Assembly (NCBI RefSeq): GCF_006345805.1
Contig: NC_043024.1
Coordinates: 10,850,001 to 10,914,000, forward strand
DNA: 64,000 nt
Reading direction: 5' to 3'
Origin: Octopus sinensis
Taxonomy: Eukaryota
In this document: positions 36,355-45,487 of the stretch, one piece after another
Numbering within the stretch: the stretch's first letter is position 1
Layout of the letters: each line of letters begins with the position of its first letter
Translations under genes and position numbers: made by a program
The notes under the pieces: generated by a model
What the model was told of the DNA's origin: nothing
Databases searched by the model: none
The model's input: the letters and a program-made list of their open reading frames with translations, nothing else

Positions 36355-39300
36355 GAGGCGAGCTGGCAGAACCGTTAGCATGCCGGGCGAAATGCGTAGC
36401 CATATTTCATCTGCCGCTACGTTCTGAGTTCAAATTCCACCGAGGTCGACTTTGCGTTTCATCCTTTCGGGGTCGATTAAATAAGTACCAGTTACGCACT
36501 GGGGTCGATGTAATCGACTTAATCCCTTTGTCTGTCTTTGTTTGTCCCCTCTATGTTTAGCCCCTTATGTGCAATAAAGAAACGAGCTTGCTTCCTAACT
36601 ACATGGTTTCGGGTTCAGTCCCACTGCGTGGCACTTTGGCCAAGTGTCTTCCGCTGTGGCCCCGAGCTGACCGGAGCTTTGTGATTCAATTCGGTAGGCG
36701 GAAGTTACTGCCGTGTGTGTATGTGTGCGTATAGCTGCTCAGTGCCTCTCCGAAAGAGAGAGAGAGGGATATATATGTTTATGTCTGTGTTTGTATATAT
36801 GTTTACGTGTGTGTCTATATTTACATTGTGTTTATGCGTATGTATATGTGTATTTGTGAGTGTGTGTATCCTGTGTGATATTGTCACCTCCCATTGTCTG
36901 ATGGTCTCCTTCCATGTGTTTGTTTAGAACCAGAGACCTCCTCACCGCCACCAACGCAAATCTCAGCCGCAGAAGTCGTCCTCTTTGGATTAAACATAAT
37001 CATTCCACTTATGAACTCTGAGCTGCTTAAGGTTTGTCTTTCTTTAATCCCTAATCCCTTCTTCATCATCATCATAACACTTTCGTTAATGCTGACAACA
37101 ACAACAACAACGATGACAGTTAAAATAACAATAATATTTAACGGTAAGTTTGTTTCCATGACAACAGTTTACAAGTGACAAGAACAACAGTTAGAACAAC
37201 AACAACAACATTGACTGTTAATTATGTTATTTCTTAGCCTTCATTGAAGCAGTACTGACATCTCTCTCTCCTTTCTCTTTCCTTCTTTCTCTCTATCTCT
37301 ACTTCTTTCTCTCCTATCTCTCTATCTGTCTCTCCCCTTCTTTCTCTCTCCTATCTCTCCTTCTTTCTCTCTCTCTCCTTTCTCCTCTCTATCTTTTTCT
37401 CTCTTCTTTCTTTCCTTCTCTCTCTCACCTCCTTTGACTCCACTCACCACTGACCTTGCAAATCTATGCACAGCTGGCCTCAATTCTGCTGGCTTCCCAC
37501 CCGACTCTCCTCGCTTCCCACCCGACTCTCCTCGCTTCCCACCCGACTCTCCTCACTTCCCACCCGACTCTCCTCACTGCCCTCCTTGCTTCCCAACCTG
37601 ACTCTCCTCGCATCTCCCTGACTGTTTGCCCCCCCCCCAACACAACTCTGCTCGTCGCCTTACTCCCCCACCCCTACCACTCGATTCCCCATGCCTCTTA
37701 CCCAACTCTTCTCACTTTATACTCTCTCTCTTTCTCTCTGTCTACCACTGTTGACCTCTGCCCTTTTTTCTCTCTTCCAGTTCCCCAATCTCTGCAGCCA
37801 GTACTTCAAGTTAATAACGTTCCTGGCAGAATGTCATCCAGAGAAATTTTGTCTTCTTCCAGCAGAATTGTTTAAAGCATTCATGGATTCCGTACAGATG
37901 GGACTTAATGCGTATCCTTTACACAACACAACACACACACACACACAACAGTGTGTGTGCGCCTATAGAAATCTATATATGATTATTGTCAGCATGTAGC
38001 AGTGAGAGATCATAGTGTGTGTCTGGTGTATGTGTCAACGTGGTGAGCTGGCAGAATCGTTAGCACGCCAGGCGAAATGCTTAGCGGTATTTCGTCTGCG
38101 TTACGTTCTGAGTTCAAATTCCGCCGAGGTCGACTTTGCCTTTCATCCTTTCGGGGTCGATAAATTAAGTACCAGTTACGCACTGGGGATCGATGTAATC
38201 GACTTAATACCTATGTCTGTCCTTGTTTGTCCCCTCTGTGTTTAGCCCCTTGTGGGTAATAAAGAAGTAGGTAGTAGCACATGTATGTATGTTTGAGGTT
38301 GAGGACATGATAACTTGTGTCTCAGAGGGCAGGGGGTAGTGTCTGTGTATGTAAAGTTTGATGTAGTGGTGGTCATGGTGGTAGTGTCTGTGGTGTAGTG
38401 TGTTTATGTTTGGCATGTGTTCATGTCAGTGTAACAGCAATGTGTGTGTGTATATGGTGATGAAGGCCATGCAGCTTTGTCGAGCAGGTTGCAGTGTGTG
38501 TCGGATGGTTGTGGCTGTCTGGTTATTTGATGGCATAAAAGACGCACAGACATATCAGTTGCCATCATCATCATCCTTTGATGTCTGTTTTCCAAGCTGA
38601 CATGGGTTGGGCGGTTTGACCGGTGCTAGTAAAACCAATCACTGCACCAGGCTCCAGTGTCTGCTTTGATATGGTTCCTACGGCTGGATGCCCTTCCTCG
38701 TGCCAACCACTTTACAGGGGGTACTGGGTGCTTTTTTATGTGGCACCAGCACCAGTGCTTTTAACATGGCAACGCATGACAAATTTTGGCAGCAGGTGTG
38801 GATTCAGACCATTGTCTTCTTTTTTGAGAGGTGTGTCTTATATGCCATCAATTAGGCGCAGGAGTGGCTGTGTGGTAAGTAGCTTGCTTACCAACCACAT
38901 GGTTCCGGGTTCAGTCCCACTGCGTGGCACCTTGGGCAAGTGTCTTCTGCTATAGCCCCGGGCCGACCAATGCCTTGTGAGTGGATTTGGTAGACGGAAA
39001 CTGAAAGAAGCCCGTCGTATATATGTATGTATGCATGTGTATATGTTTGTGTGTCTGTGTTTGTCCCTCTAGCATTGCTTGACAACCGATGCTGGTGTGT
39101 TTAGGTCCCCGTCACTTAGCGGTTCGGAAAAAAGAGACCGATAGAATAAATACTAGGCTTACAAAGAATAAGTCTTGGGGTTGATTTGCTCGACTAAAGG
39201 CGGTGCTCCAGCATGGCCACAGTCACATGACTGAAACAAGTAAAAGAGTAAAGAGTAATTAAAGTAGGTGTGTGTGTGTTCTAGTTATGCCAATGATGCC

Positions 39301-42300
39301 TGGTGGTTGTGAATGTTTGTGTGTGGTTACTCTCTCTCTTTACTCTTTTACTTGTTTCAGTCATTTGACTGTGGCCATGCTGGAGCACCACCTTTAATTG
39401 AGCAAATCGACCCCGGGACTTATTCTTTGTAAGCCCAGTACTTATTCTATCGGTCTCTTTTGCCAAACCGCTAATTGACGGGGACGTAAACACACACCTA
39501 CATATATATATATATATATACGTATACATATATACGACAGGCTTCTTTCAAATCTACTCACAAGGCTTTGGTCGGCCCAAGGCTATAGTAGAAGACACTT
39601 GCCCAAGGTGCCATGCAGTGGGACTGAACCCGGAGCCATGTGGTTCGTTAGCAAACTAATTACCACACAGGCCTGCGTCTAGGGTTAGGGTTATTGTGAA
39701 AAAGAAATCGTCTTGCCAACCTTTTTTTTTTTTTTTTGGTTTTTTTTCCTGTTTTGTATTTAAAGAATGCTATTTGTTGTTCTGTCTTTAAATTCTTCTT
39801 CGTCCTTAACTCGAATCCGTAGATATGGCCCAGACATTACCAAATTGTGCCTTGAAATAATCGCAGCTCTTGCTTCTCACGTGTGTAACAATGATCTGAA
39901 TGGATCGCCACTATATTTAGCCATGGAGCTGTTCCTGAAGGTAAGAAGGCCAGAACAACAATTCTACATTCTGGTATTTTTTATATTTTTGGACTGTGGT
40001 CATGCTGGAGCACAACACAACGTCTGCAACTGGTTTTTATTGGATTTCTCTTTATTTGTATTAACAGAATTCACCCGAGTTACTACCTGTATAGAGTTAT
40101 CTCCCTTTGAGGATCAGTCCCTGTCAGGGAATTTACATCTCGTGTACATTATTTACATTTGACGGATATTTCCCATCTTGTTTGTTGCATGGAGCAGACA
40201 GCTGCCACCAGATATATGTGTGGGTGTATGTGTGTATATATATATATACATATATATGTAAGTTCAGCAAAAATTTAGATTCAAATGAATATAGTACTTA
40301 ATTCAGATGCACCAGAATTTTGTATGGTGTTATCCATAAAAATATGCGGGGTGATTATAATCAAAATAAGCAACAAGAATGGCTCCGGTAATTTGGTACA
40401 ATTGTTTTGCACTACAACATTTTATTAAATGTTGTAAGTATTACAACAGATTTAAGATTCTGAGTGCTCATCAGAATCTTAAATCTGTTGTAATACTTAC
40501 AACAATTAATAAAATGATGTAGTGTGAAACAATTGTACCAAATTACTGGAGTCATTCTTGTTGCTTATTTTGATTTTATATATATATATATATATACACG
40601 GTAAATGGAAGATGGAATATATGAGAATTTTTATTATTATTGATCACAACAATTGTTTCAATACATCTAGCATTGATCCCTCATGGGTGGGACACTCAAC
40701 AACTGGTTCAGGAGCATCTGGCAGTGCAGATGTATCTCATCAGGTGATAAATAGATACAACTTGTTAAAATAACAGTTCCACAATGTATCTTCCCATTTC
40801 ATATATATATACATATATGTATTTATAATCACCATCGTCATCATCATCGTTTAACATCTGCTGCTTTCCATGCTGGCATGGGTTGGACTGTTTGACATGG
40901 GGCTGGCTAACAGAGAGCTGTCCAGACTCCAGCTGTCTGTTGTAACATCGTTTCTACAGTTGGATGGCCTTCCTCATGCCAACCACTTTACAGGGTGGAC
41001 TGGGTGCTTTTTACTTGGCCACCGTCACGGGTGCGTTAATGCAGTACCAACACAAGTGCTTTTCAAGTGGCACTGGAACCCGAAAGGAGAACCCTGTATG
41101 TGTGGAAGAAGCCTGTATGTGTTGTATCAAGTACAGCAAATCCCCACATCTCCTGGTCCCTTGTCATATATATATGAATACAAGCTTTCTTTCAATCTGT
41201 GTCTCTTGGATTCATTCACAAAGCATCGGTCAGCCCAGGGCTATACTGTAAGAGACACTTGCCCAACGTGCCATGCAATGGGAGTGAACCTGGAACCATG
41301 TGGTTGGGAAGCAAACTTCTTAACCAGACAGCCAGGCCTGCACCAATAAACAGTATTCTTAAAAGACTTTCAAAAATGGCATCCGGCCCATGATGTATTT
41401 CTTTCTCATTCTAGGTTGTGTTCCGACTTTTATTACTGGAGAGCTTTGACATGGATCTCTTAGAAACAGCCAGTACCACATTGTTCAGCCTTATTTGCTG
41501 CCATCAGGTACCGTTTTACTTCTTTTTATATATATACTAGCAGTATCGCCCGGCATTGCTCGGGTTTGTAAGGGAAATAACTATAAAGCATTTTTAGAGA
41601 GTTATAGCCAAAAAATAGCAAAAAATGCATTAAAAATGGAAAAAAAATTATGGTAAATTTTTTTTTAAATCGTTGACTCATCGTAGACATTTTTAGAGAG
41701 TTACTTCCCTTTATTTAAAAAATATGCTTTAAAATGGAAAAAAATTATGATAAATTATTTTTAAAATCGTAGACTCATTGTAGACGCGCGCTAATACCCA
41801 GAAGGGCTCGATATGAATCACGACTATAAGATACCCAGTTAAACTGCACCGCAAAATGTGGGAGTAGTTAGGAATCTAAATCGTAGGAGACAGACACTCA
41901 CACAACTTCACTTTTATATATATAGATATACTCTTTATCTTTTTTATTAAACTTTTAATACTTTTGATATATAAAAAAAAAAAATTTTTTTTTAAATTAA
42001 AAAATTAATTAATTAATAAATAAAATAATATATAAATATAAAAATATACATACATATATATATATATATTTGTATATATATATAAAATTTATAAGTTTAA
42101 ATTATTTAAATAATTTTTTATTTTTAACTTTTATATTTTTAAATTAATTTTATGTATTGGCTTATGTTTTTCACTGTTTGATTTGTCTAATAGTGGTTTT
42201 ATCTCTAATTTAATATAATATAATATAATATATTTATACTATAAAATTGGATTTAATCCTAAATCTCATTTTTCCCTGTAAGTTTCGATTTATTCCCTAA

Positions 42301-43103
42301 TATTATTATTATATATATATGATATAATATAATATAATGAAATTATTGTATACAGTGCTCTGGTGCACCACAACTTGTCAAAAGTGCGTATAAAGCATCT
42401 GCAGTAATGTACAAATGTCTGGGAAGTGAACAGTGTATGAGTCAGATACATGCTTGTGTGTGTATGGAGGGGAGAAAATCAGGTGTAGTGTTGGTGAATC
42501 TCAGGAAGCATGGAAGTTTTGAAGGATGCAGTGCTCCGACAACTAACAACTGATGCCGGCAGTCTGTTCCATGCTTCAGCAACTCTTAGCGTGAAAAAAA
42601 TGTTTCCGAAAGTCATGGAAGGAGCTGTGCTGTTTTCTTACTTTGTAAAACATGTCCACGGGTGTTAGACAGGTGGAGTTTGAAAAGGTGCTGAGAGTTA
42701 TTGTTTGTACGATGGTTGATAATTTTATGGGTGTCTGCCAAGTCAGCTGCCAGACGTATATTATCACCGCTTTTGGTGATCTGCAATAGAATGGTAATGT
42801 CTTATGCTACATGTGTGTATGTAATTGTGTATACTTGAGTCAGTTATACATGTTGTTGAAGAAGTTGTCGTTTTTCTGTCTAAATCTTTCGTTTCTGATT
42901 TACAGGAAAAATACCGTATGCTGGTCAGCGAACTTCTGTACAGCCAAGAACTGCCAGCATATAAAGAACGGCTCCTGGCCGCATTCAACCAGCTCACTCC
43001 AGCAACGCTCAAGTTGACCATCAACCGACAGAACAAGATCGCCTTCTTACAGAACTTTGAACAGTTTCTAATCAACGTGAGAGGCATTCTCTGTGTCAAA
43101 TGA
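4653..43103 (+). CDS. XPO4: Exportin-4, multi-exon gene span (24 coding exons in window; first coding exon not found, 5'-partial)
   Basis: Exons joined by splice phase give an uninterrupted 3390-nt frame. The translation matches remembered vertebrate XPO4 motifs throughout ([16 protein letters not shown], QCLxQLASLxGPIFP, VFNSYxQCHL, EDxHWLIL, LLSKxFIDFS, C-terminal LCVK*). No database search was run. Confidence 0.96.
5746..5887 (+). CDS. XPO4: XPO4 exon 3: [46 protein letters not shown](S)
   Basis: tttgcag acceptor, gtaaga donor; phases 1 and 2 fit the neighbouring exons. Confidence 0.95.
8285..8426 (+). CDS. XPO4: XPO4 exon 4: [47 protein letters not shown]
   Basis: ggtag acceptor, gtaagt donor; overlaps ORF 8226..8468. 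Confidence 0.95.
9583..9699 (+). CDS. XPO4: XPO4 exon 5: [39 protein letters not shown]
   Basis: tttgcag acceptor, gtaagt donor; 117 nt, phase 0/0. Confidence 0.95.
10796..11192 (+). mobile_element. CR1-clade LINE, 5'-truncated 3' end
   Basis: Translates across one frameshift to [45 protein letters not shown], the typical CR1 ORF2 C-terminus; ends in an (ATT)n tail. Confidence 0.88.
12295..12451 (+). CDS. XPO4: XPO4 exon 6: [52 protein letters not shown](F)
   Basis: tttcag acceptor; ends at a U12-type donor GTATCCTTT (12452-12460). Confidence 0.93.
12452..13631 (+). other. U12-type (minor spliceosome) GT-AG intron
   Basis: Donor GTATCCTTT; branch site TTCCTTAAT about 10 nt before the AG; no polypyrimidine tract between branch site and AG. 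Confidence 0.9.
13632..13744 (+). CDS. XPO4: XPO4 exon 7: [37 protein letters not shown]
   Basis: U12 branch site TTCCTTAAT (13614-13622) then cctag acceptor; gtaagt donor; resembles human RHYIAMFESSQNVLLKPTESWRETLLD. Confidence 0.92.
14097..14254 (+). CDS. XPO4: XPO4 exon 8: [52 protein letters not shown](S)
   Basis: ccacag acceptor, gtaagc donor; overlaps ORF 14004..14258. Confidence 0.95.
15283..15457 (+). CDS. XPO4: XPO4 exon 9: [58 protein letters not shown]
   Basis: Poly-T tract plus ttccag acceptor, gtaagt donor. Confidence 0.93.
15734..15934. repeat. Foldback inverted repeat (~80-bp arms, ~37-nt spacer)
   Basis: ggcaatctttcagtactagg..gagaaacc pairs with ggtttc..ctagtaccgaaagatcgcc. 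Confidence 0.88.
16005..16508 (-). mobile_element. Two tandem copies of a tRNA-derived SINE
   Basis: ~250-bp unit repeated (16005-16258, 16260-16508); minus strand begins with a tRNA-like head gtggaggcgcgtggctta; partial + copy at ~26425-26570. Confidence 0.75.
16966..17010 (-). ncRNA. Minimal hammerhead ribozyme motif, inverted copy
   Basis: Minus strand reads TCTGTG-CTGATGA-AGGG(AAATAA)CCTG-GAAA-TCATGA-TA-CACAGA. Confidence 0.7.
17243..17287 (+). ncRNA. Minimal type-I hammerhead ribozyme motif (Penelope-type), intact core
   Basis: TCTGTG-CTGATGA-AGGG(AAATAA)CCCA-GAAA-TCGCGA-TA-CACAGA: 6-bp stem I, short stem II with a mismatched first pair, palindromic stem III. Confidence 0.75.
17909..18085 (+). 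CDS. XPO4: XPO4 exon 10: [59 protein letters not shown]
   Basis: gcatag acceptor; 3' end most likely at a GC donor CAG|GCAAGT, with an alternative GT 4 nt downstream. Confidence 0.9.
18270..18725 (+). mobile_element. Probable non-LTR retrotransposon 3' end (L1/Tx1-like) with 3' UTR
   Basis: [33 protein letters not shown] resembles Tx1/L1 ORF2 C-termini; T-rich UTR ending AATAAAAAG. Confidence 0.4.
19258..19397 (+). CDS. XPO4: XPO4 exon 11: [46 protein letters not shown](K)
   Basis: ttacag acceptor (alternative tttag gives a start at 19265), gtgagt donor; resembles human EEEEISELQEDDRDQFSDQL. Confidence 0.85.
20597..20880 (-). mobile_element. RTE-clade LINE ORF C-terminal fragment
   Basis: ORF reads [44 protein letters not shown], resembling the C-terminus of invertebrate RTE elements. 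Confidence 0.72.
21080..21572. repeat. Compound trinucleotide array (CTA)n interrupted by TTG/CTG
   Basis: ~490 bp; explains the poly-L, poly-T/A and poly-V ORFs. Confidence 0.97.
21592..21746 (+). CDS. XPO4: XPO4 exon 12: [51 protein letters not shown](G)
   Basis: tttcag acceptor, gtaagg donor. Confidence 0.94.
22464..22644 (+). CDS. XPO4: XPO4 exon 13: [59 protein letters not shown](R)
   Basis: caacag acceptor, gtaagg donor; resembles human GETPLIPPEIMEYS. Confidence 0.95.
24175..24334 (+). CDS. XPO4: XPO4 exon 14: [53 protein letters not shown]
   Basis: ttccag acceptor, gtgagt donor. Confidence 0.95.
24803..25106 (+). mobile_element. tRNA-derived SINE family B copy
   Basis: Matches 4274-4577 end to end. 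Confidence 0.82.
25184..25236 (-). ncRNA. Minimal hammerhead ribozyme motif (Penelope-type), intact core
   Basis: Minus strand reads TCT-CTGACGA-AGGGATA(TTATTAAT)TATCCTA-GAAA-CAGCTG-TA-AGA. Confidence 0.65.
25857..26026 (+). CDS. XPO4: XPO4 exon 15: [56 protein letters not shown](R)
   Basis: cctcag acceptor, gtatgt donor. Confidence 0.94.
27880..28054 (+). CDS. XPO4: XPO4 exon 16: [58 protein letters not shown]
   Basis: ttgtag acceptor, gtgagt donor. Confidence 0.94.
28185..28495 (-). mobile_element. tRNA-derived SINE family B copy
   Basis: Reverse complement of 4274-4577. Confidence 0.82.
28496..28730. repeat. 42-bp compound-microsatellite tandem array (~5.5 units)
   Basis: Unit atgtctgaatatatatgtatgtatatatgtgtgtatatgtat; the ORF track shows a 14-aa period. 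Confidence 0.9.
28731..29060 (-). mobile_element. CR1-clade LINE 3' end (second family) with (TAAC)n tail
   Basis: Minus strand translates to [46 protein letters not shown]. Confidence 0.85.
29218..29422 (+). CDS. XPO4: XPO4 exon 17: [68 protein letters not shown](D)
   Basis: caatag acceptor, gtaaga donor. Confidence 0.93.
31037..31125 (+). CDS. XPO4: XPO4 exon 18: [29 protein letters not shown]
   Basis: ccacag acceptor, gtaagt donor; resembles human VYKNTPETVNLIIEVFVEVAHKQICYLGE. Confidence 0.94.
32327..32716 (+). mobile_element. Helitron/Helentron-like non-autonomous element, second copy
   Basis: TAGCAGTATCGCCCGGCGTTGCTCGGG ... CTTTTATATATAAAGAT; shares its internal sequence with 41532-41927. 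Confidence 0.6.
32908..32974 (+). CDS. XPO4: XPO4 exon 19: [22 protein letters not shown](T)
   Basis: tttcag acceptor, gtaagt donor; resembles human SKAMNLYEACLTLLQVYSKNNL. Confidence 0.92.
33327..33730. mobile_element. MITE with ~29-bp imperfect terminal inverted repeats
   Basis: ggattttttcggtttgaacggcagttttt ... aaaaaactgccactcaaaccgaaaagatcc; internal ccctaaccctaa. Confidence 0.6.
35500..35616 (+). CDS. XPO4: XPO4 exon 20: [38 protein letters not shown](E)
   Basis: cctcag acceptor, gtaagt donor. Confidence 0.95.
36356..36583 (+). mobile_element. SINE family C (central domain gaggtcgactttgcctttcatcctttcggggtcgataaattaagtacc)
   Basis: Many copies, e.g. ~4000-4160, 6300-6540 (-), 14295-14530, 38040-38270, 50344-50580; the central domain resembles the shared metazoan (MetaSINE-type) core from memory. 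Confidence 0.75.
36928..37031 (+). CDS. XPO4: XPO4 exon 21: [34 protein letters not shown]
   Basis: gtttag acceptor, gtttgt donor; resembles human VSAADVVLYGVNLILPLMSQDLLK. Confidence 0.93.
37491..37610. repeat. 21-bp minisatellite inside a ~500-bp pyrimidine-rich tract
   Basis: gcttcccacccgactctcctc repeated 4-5 times; CT-rich from ~37255 to 37780. Confidence 0.9.
37781..37911 (+). CDS. XPO4: XPO4 exon 22: [43 protein letters not shown](A)
   Basis: ttccag acceptor; ends at a U12-type donor GTATCCTTT (37912-37920). Confidence 0.94.
37912..39822 (+). other. U12-type (minor spliceosome) GT-AG intron
   Basis: Donor GTATCCTTT; perfect TCCTTAAC branch site ending 12 nt before the exon. Confidence 0.92.
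38855..39257 (+). mobile_element. tRNA-derived SINE family A (representative full-length copy)
   Basis: Pol III A box (TGGCTGTGTGG) and B box (GGTTCAGTCCC), central (TA)n, tail ending gaaacaagtaaaagag; other copies at ~8600, 8811, 21993, 22841, 59720, 60879 (+) and ~12790-13180, 39340-39680, 58690-59050 (-). Confidence 0.85.
39823..39940 (+). CDS. XPO4: XPO4 exon 23: [39 protein letters not shown]
   Basis: U12 branch site TCCTTAAC (39803-39810), ccgtag acceptor, gtaaga donor. Confidence 0.93.
40359..40575. repeat. Near-perfect foldback inverted repeat (~105-bp arms, 7-nt loop)
   Basis: aatcaaaataagcaacaagaatggctcc..gattctga GTGCTCA tcagaatc..ggagtcattcttgttgcttattttgatt. Confidence 0.93.
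41415..41507 (+). CDS. XPO4: XPO4 exon 24: [31 protein letters not shown]
   Basis: ttctag acceptor, gtaccg donor; 93 nt, phase 0/0. Confidence 0.93.
41532..41927 (+). mobile_element. Helitron/Helentron-like non-autonomous element
   Basis: Starts TATACTAGCAGTATCGCCCGGCATTGCTCGGG (5' hairpin) and ends ACTTTTATATATATAGAT, an architecture like Lep1/DINE-1; near-identical copy at ~32327-32716. Confidence 0.6.
42338..42756 (-). mobile_element. CR1-clade LINE fragment, same family as 10796-11192
   Basis: Reverse complement closely matches the 10.8-kb copy (agttgctgaagcatggaa.., cctgattttctc..). Confidence 0.85.
42906..43103 (+). CDS. XPO4: XPO4 last coding exon: [65 protein letters not shown]
   Basis: ttacag acceptor; TGA stop at 43101-43103; C-terminus resembles human FMANVGGLLCVK. 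Confidence 0.96.
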   Translation, partial: EKYRMLVSELLYSQELPAYKERLLAAFNQLTPATLKLTINRQNKIAFLQNFEQFLINVRGILCVK

Positions 43104-43191
43104 TGCTTGTGATGATGATGATGATGGTGGTGATGATGATGATGATGATGATGATCATTGTGATATGACATGGTGATACTCTGGTGGTGAT

Positions 43192-43197
43192 AATAAA
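43192..43197 (+). terminator. Candidate polyadenylation signal AATAAA for XPO4
   Basis: First AATAAA after the stop codon, about 90 nt downstream; no transcript evidence. Confidence 0.3.
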
Positions 43198-43949
43198 AGA
43201 AAACAAAGAAAAATACATATATATATATATATATATACACACGCACATACATTTCACATATATATACACACACACATGTGTGCGTATATATTTTATATAT
43301 ATGTGTGTGTATGTATTTGAATGTTTTGTGTGTGTGTGTGTCATGCAATATATATTTGTATATGTTTTATTTATAAATATATATATATATATATATACAC
43401 ATATATATACATACATATTTGACATGTATGTTACAAATATTTGCACATAATGCAATTTACACACACACACACAATATATAGGTTAATACATAGGTATGCA
43501 TGTTTGTGTGTGTATTTATATATATATACACATGCACGCATACACACATCTGGCATGCATGTGCATATATGTATTCAGGCATACACACACACATATATAT
43601 ATATTATGCTATGCAGGAATCCCCCACAGTATGTAAATATGTCCCTCAGAATGTTGTCATGGCATAAACTCATTTGGCCCTCAAGGCATTCCAACAGGGG
43701 GTGGGGTTGGGGTTTTTTTTTTCATATTTTGGAATCAACAACAGCAACAACAACAGAGAAGCCAGACGGTCACTTTTACGCTTCAAGCTACCAATTTCTC
43801 AAAAAATTAGGGAAGAAATAAGCATCATAACAGGGTACTTCCTGGCCACAAAATGTGGACTGCTCTGTGAGGTAGGAGGTAGAATGAGAATTACTGACAA
43901 GATAAGGGTTATTTCCCATCTTACAGTTGATAGTCTTCACCTCCTTGAG

Positions 43950-44700
43950 GGACAAAGAATTTATCCAGAATTCTTTGATGTTTAAGTTGTGTTGTCTTTT
44001 TGTATAATCCAATGTAGGAATGGAGCTCATTGTAAACTCCTCTTGTGATTTTTATGTTGTGTTCCCAATTAGGGTTGTCATTGGCAAGAATTTACAGACC
44101 TTCCTCTCTATAAGTGCCAATCCTTTAGTAATATTCTTGCAGTCATTTTAAGCAGAATCGGTGGAAATTTTGTATTCTCATCTGTATTCTCAGCTTGCTC
44201 TTATTATAACAGTACCGATTCTTCATTCGATAAACGTTCTCTTTAAGACATTAGCAACTCAGACACAGCTCCTAAGATTTCTTCAAAAAACTAAATATAT
44301 TTCAATATCTGTCCAAATTTAATGTAAATTCTTTCCTTGTGGAACCATGCGAAGTCACAGTTGCAGTCTGGCCATATATTTTTCCAAGCACCATTCATCA
44401 AGAGTTCCACTGCATTCCATAACTCGGCTATATTATCCATAGCGTCCATTCTGTTGGATTTCTTCCTAAGATCTCTAAATATATGTTTGTTGTCCCTGTC
44501 AATTGCTTGAAGGTTCTTCTCAGGAAATATGCCTAGAAGTTAGTTATCACACCTTGATCCGTTGGCTGAAGAAAAGAAGTTGTGTTCTTGGAATAGATTT
44601 TACTCTCAAAATGTTTGTAACCATTCTTCAAAAACATTCTCTTAATCATCCATGCCTTCTTATTTCAATGCTAGATCAGGGGTAGATTAAACTCTGCATA
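43950..44700 (-). mobile_element. Tigger/pogo-like DDE transposase relic
   Basis: Minus strand encodes KNTTSFLQPTDQGVITNF*AYFLRRTF (QPMDQGVI motif at ~44545-44568), MDNIAELWNAV..MNGAWKNIWP and a C-terminal DNPNWEH..ILDKF; contains stops and frameshifts. Confidence 0.82.
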
Positions 44701-44806
44701 ACTCATGAAAGTTCTTAGATTTTCAGAGTTTTACACAAGCAGGAGCTTTAGTTCCATATCACCAGTGGCGTTCCCTCCCAGAGGCACCAGGAAATTTTTA
44801 GAAACA

Positions 44807-45035
44807 TTAACCCTTTCGTTACTGAATTTATTTTGAGATGCTCCATATTTCTTTCAATTACTTTAAATATAACAAAGAATTTAGTAAAATAACTTGGTTA
44901 TCATTCAGCTAGTGTTAGGAACATAAATTGTGACTAAGGTTTGGTGGAAGATTTTAATTCAGAACTTTTGAAAACAAGACATTTGTACTGCAGAACCAGG
45001 GGCGGTTTCAGCCGGGTTGGTATCGAAAGGGTTAA
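44807..45035. mobile_element. piggyBac-like MITE (~221 bp) with TTAA target duplication
   Basis: TTAA-CCCTTTCG...CGAAAGGG-TTAA; paralogous copies at 50923-51147 and 54899-55128, degenerate at ~5455-5676, partial at ~9880-9986 and ~55151-55235. Confidence 0.72.
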
Positions 45036-45315
45036 AGTTGGTTATTGAAAACTTGGATTGGTGGTGGCAGCGACATTCTTGTTAACTGTGTGAGTGTTGC
45101 TGCTTAGATTCAAGTTGGTCTTCGTTTTCCCCTAGATGAACGACATTTCATTTAACTCTTAGAATACACTGGGGGTAGCCATATCTCTTGTCATTCTCTT
45201 TTGTTTTAGACTGATTTGCTTCTCTCATTCCTGCTGTTGTTGTTGTTGTGGTGGTCATTAAGGAATGGATGGGTTGGTTGTATTGATTTGGCTTTTAAAA
45301 GAAAGATTAAAAGCC

Positions 45316-45347
<32 letters not shown>

Positions 45348-45350
45348 GTG

Positions 45351-45381
<31 letters not shown>

Positions 45382-45420
45382 GTATGTGTATATATGTATG
45401 TATGTGTATATATATATGCA

Positions 45421-45472
<52 letters not shown>

Positions 45473-45487
45473 TATGTGTGTGTGTAT

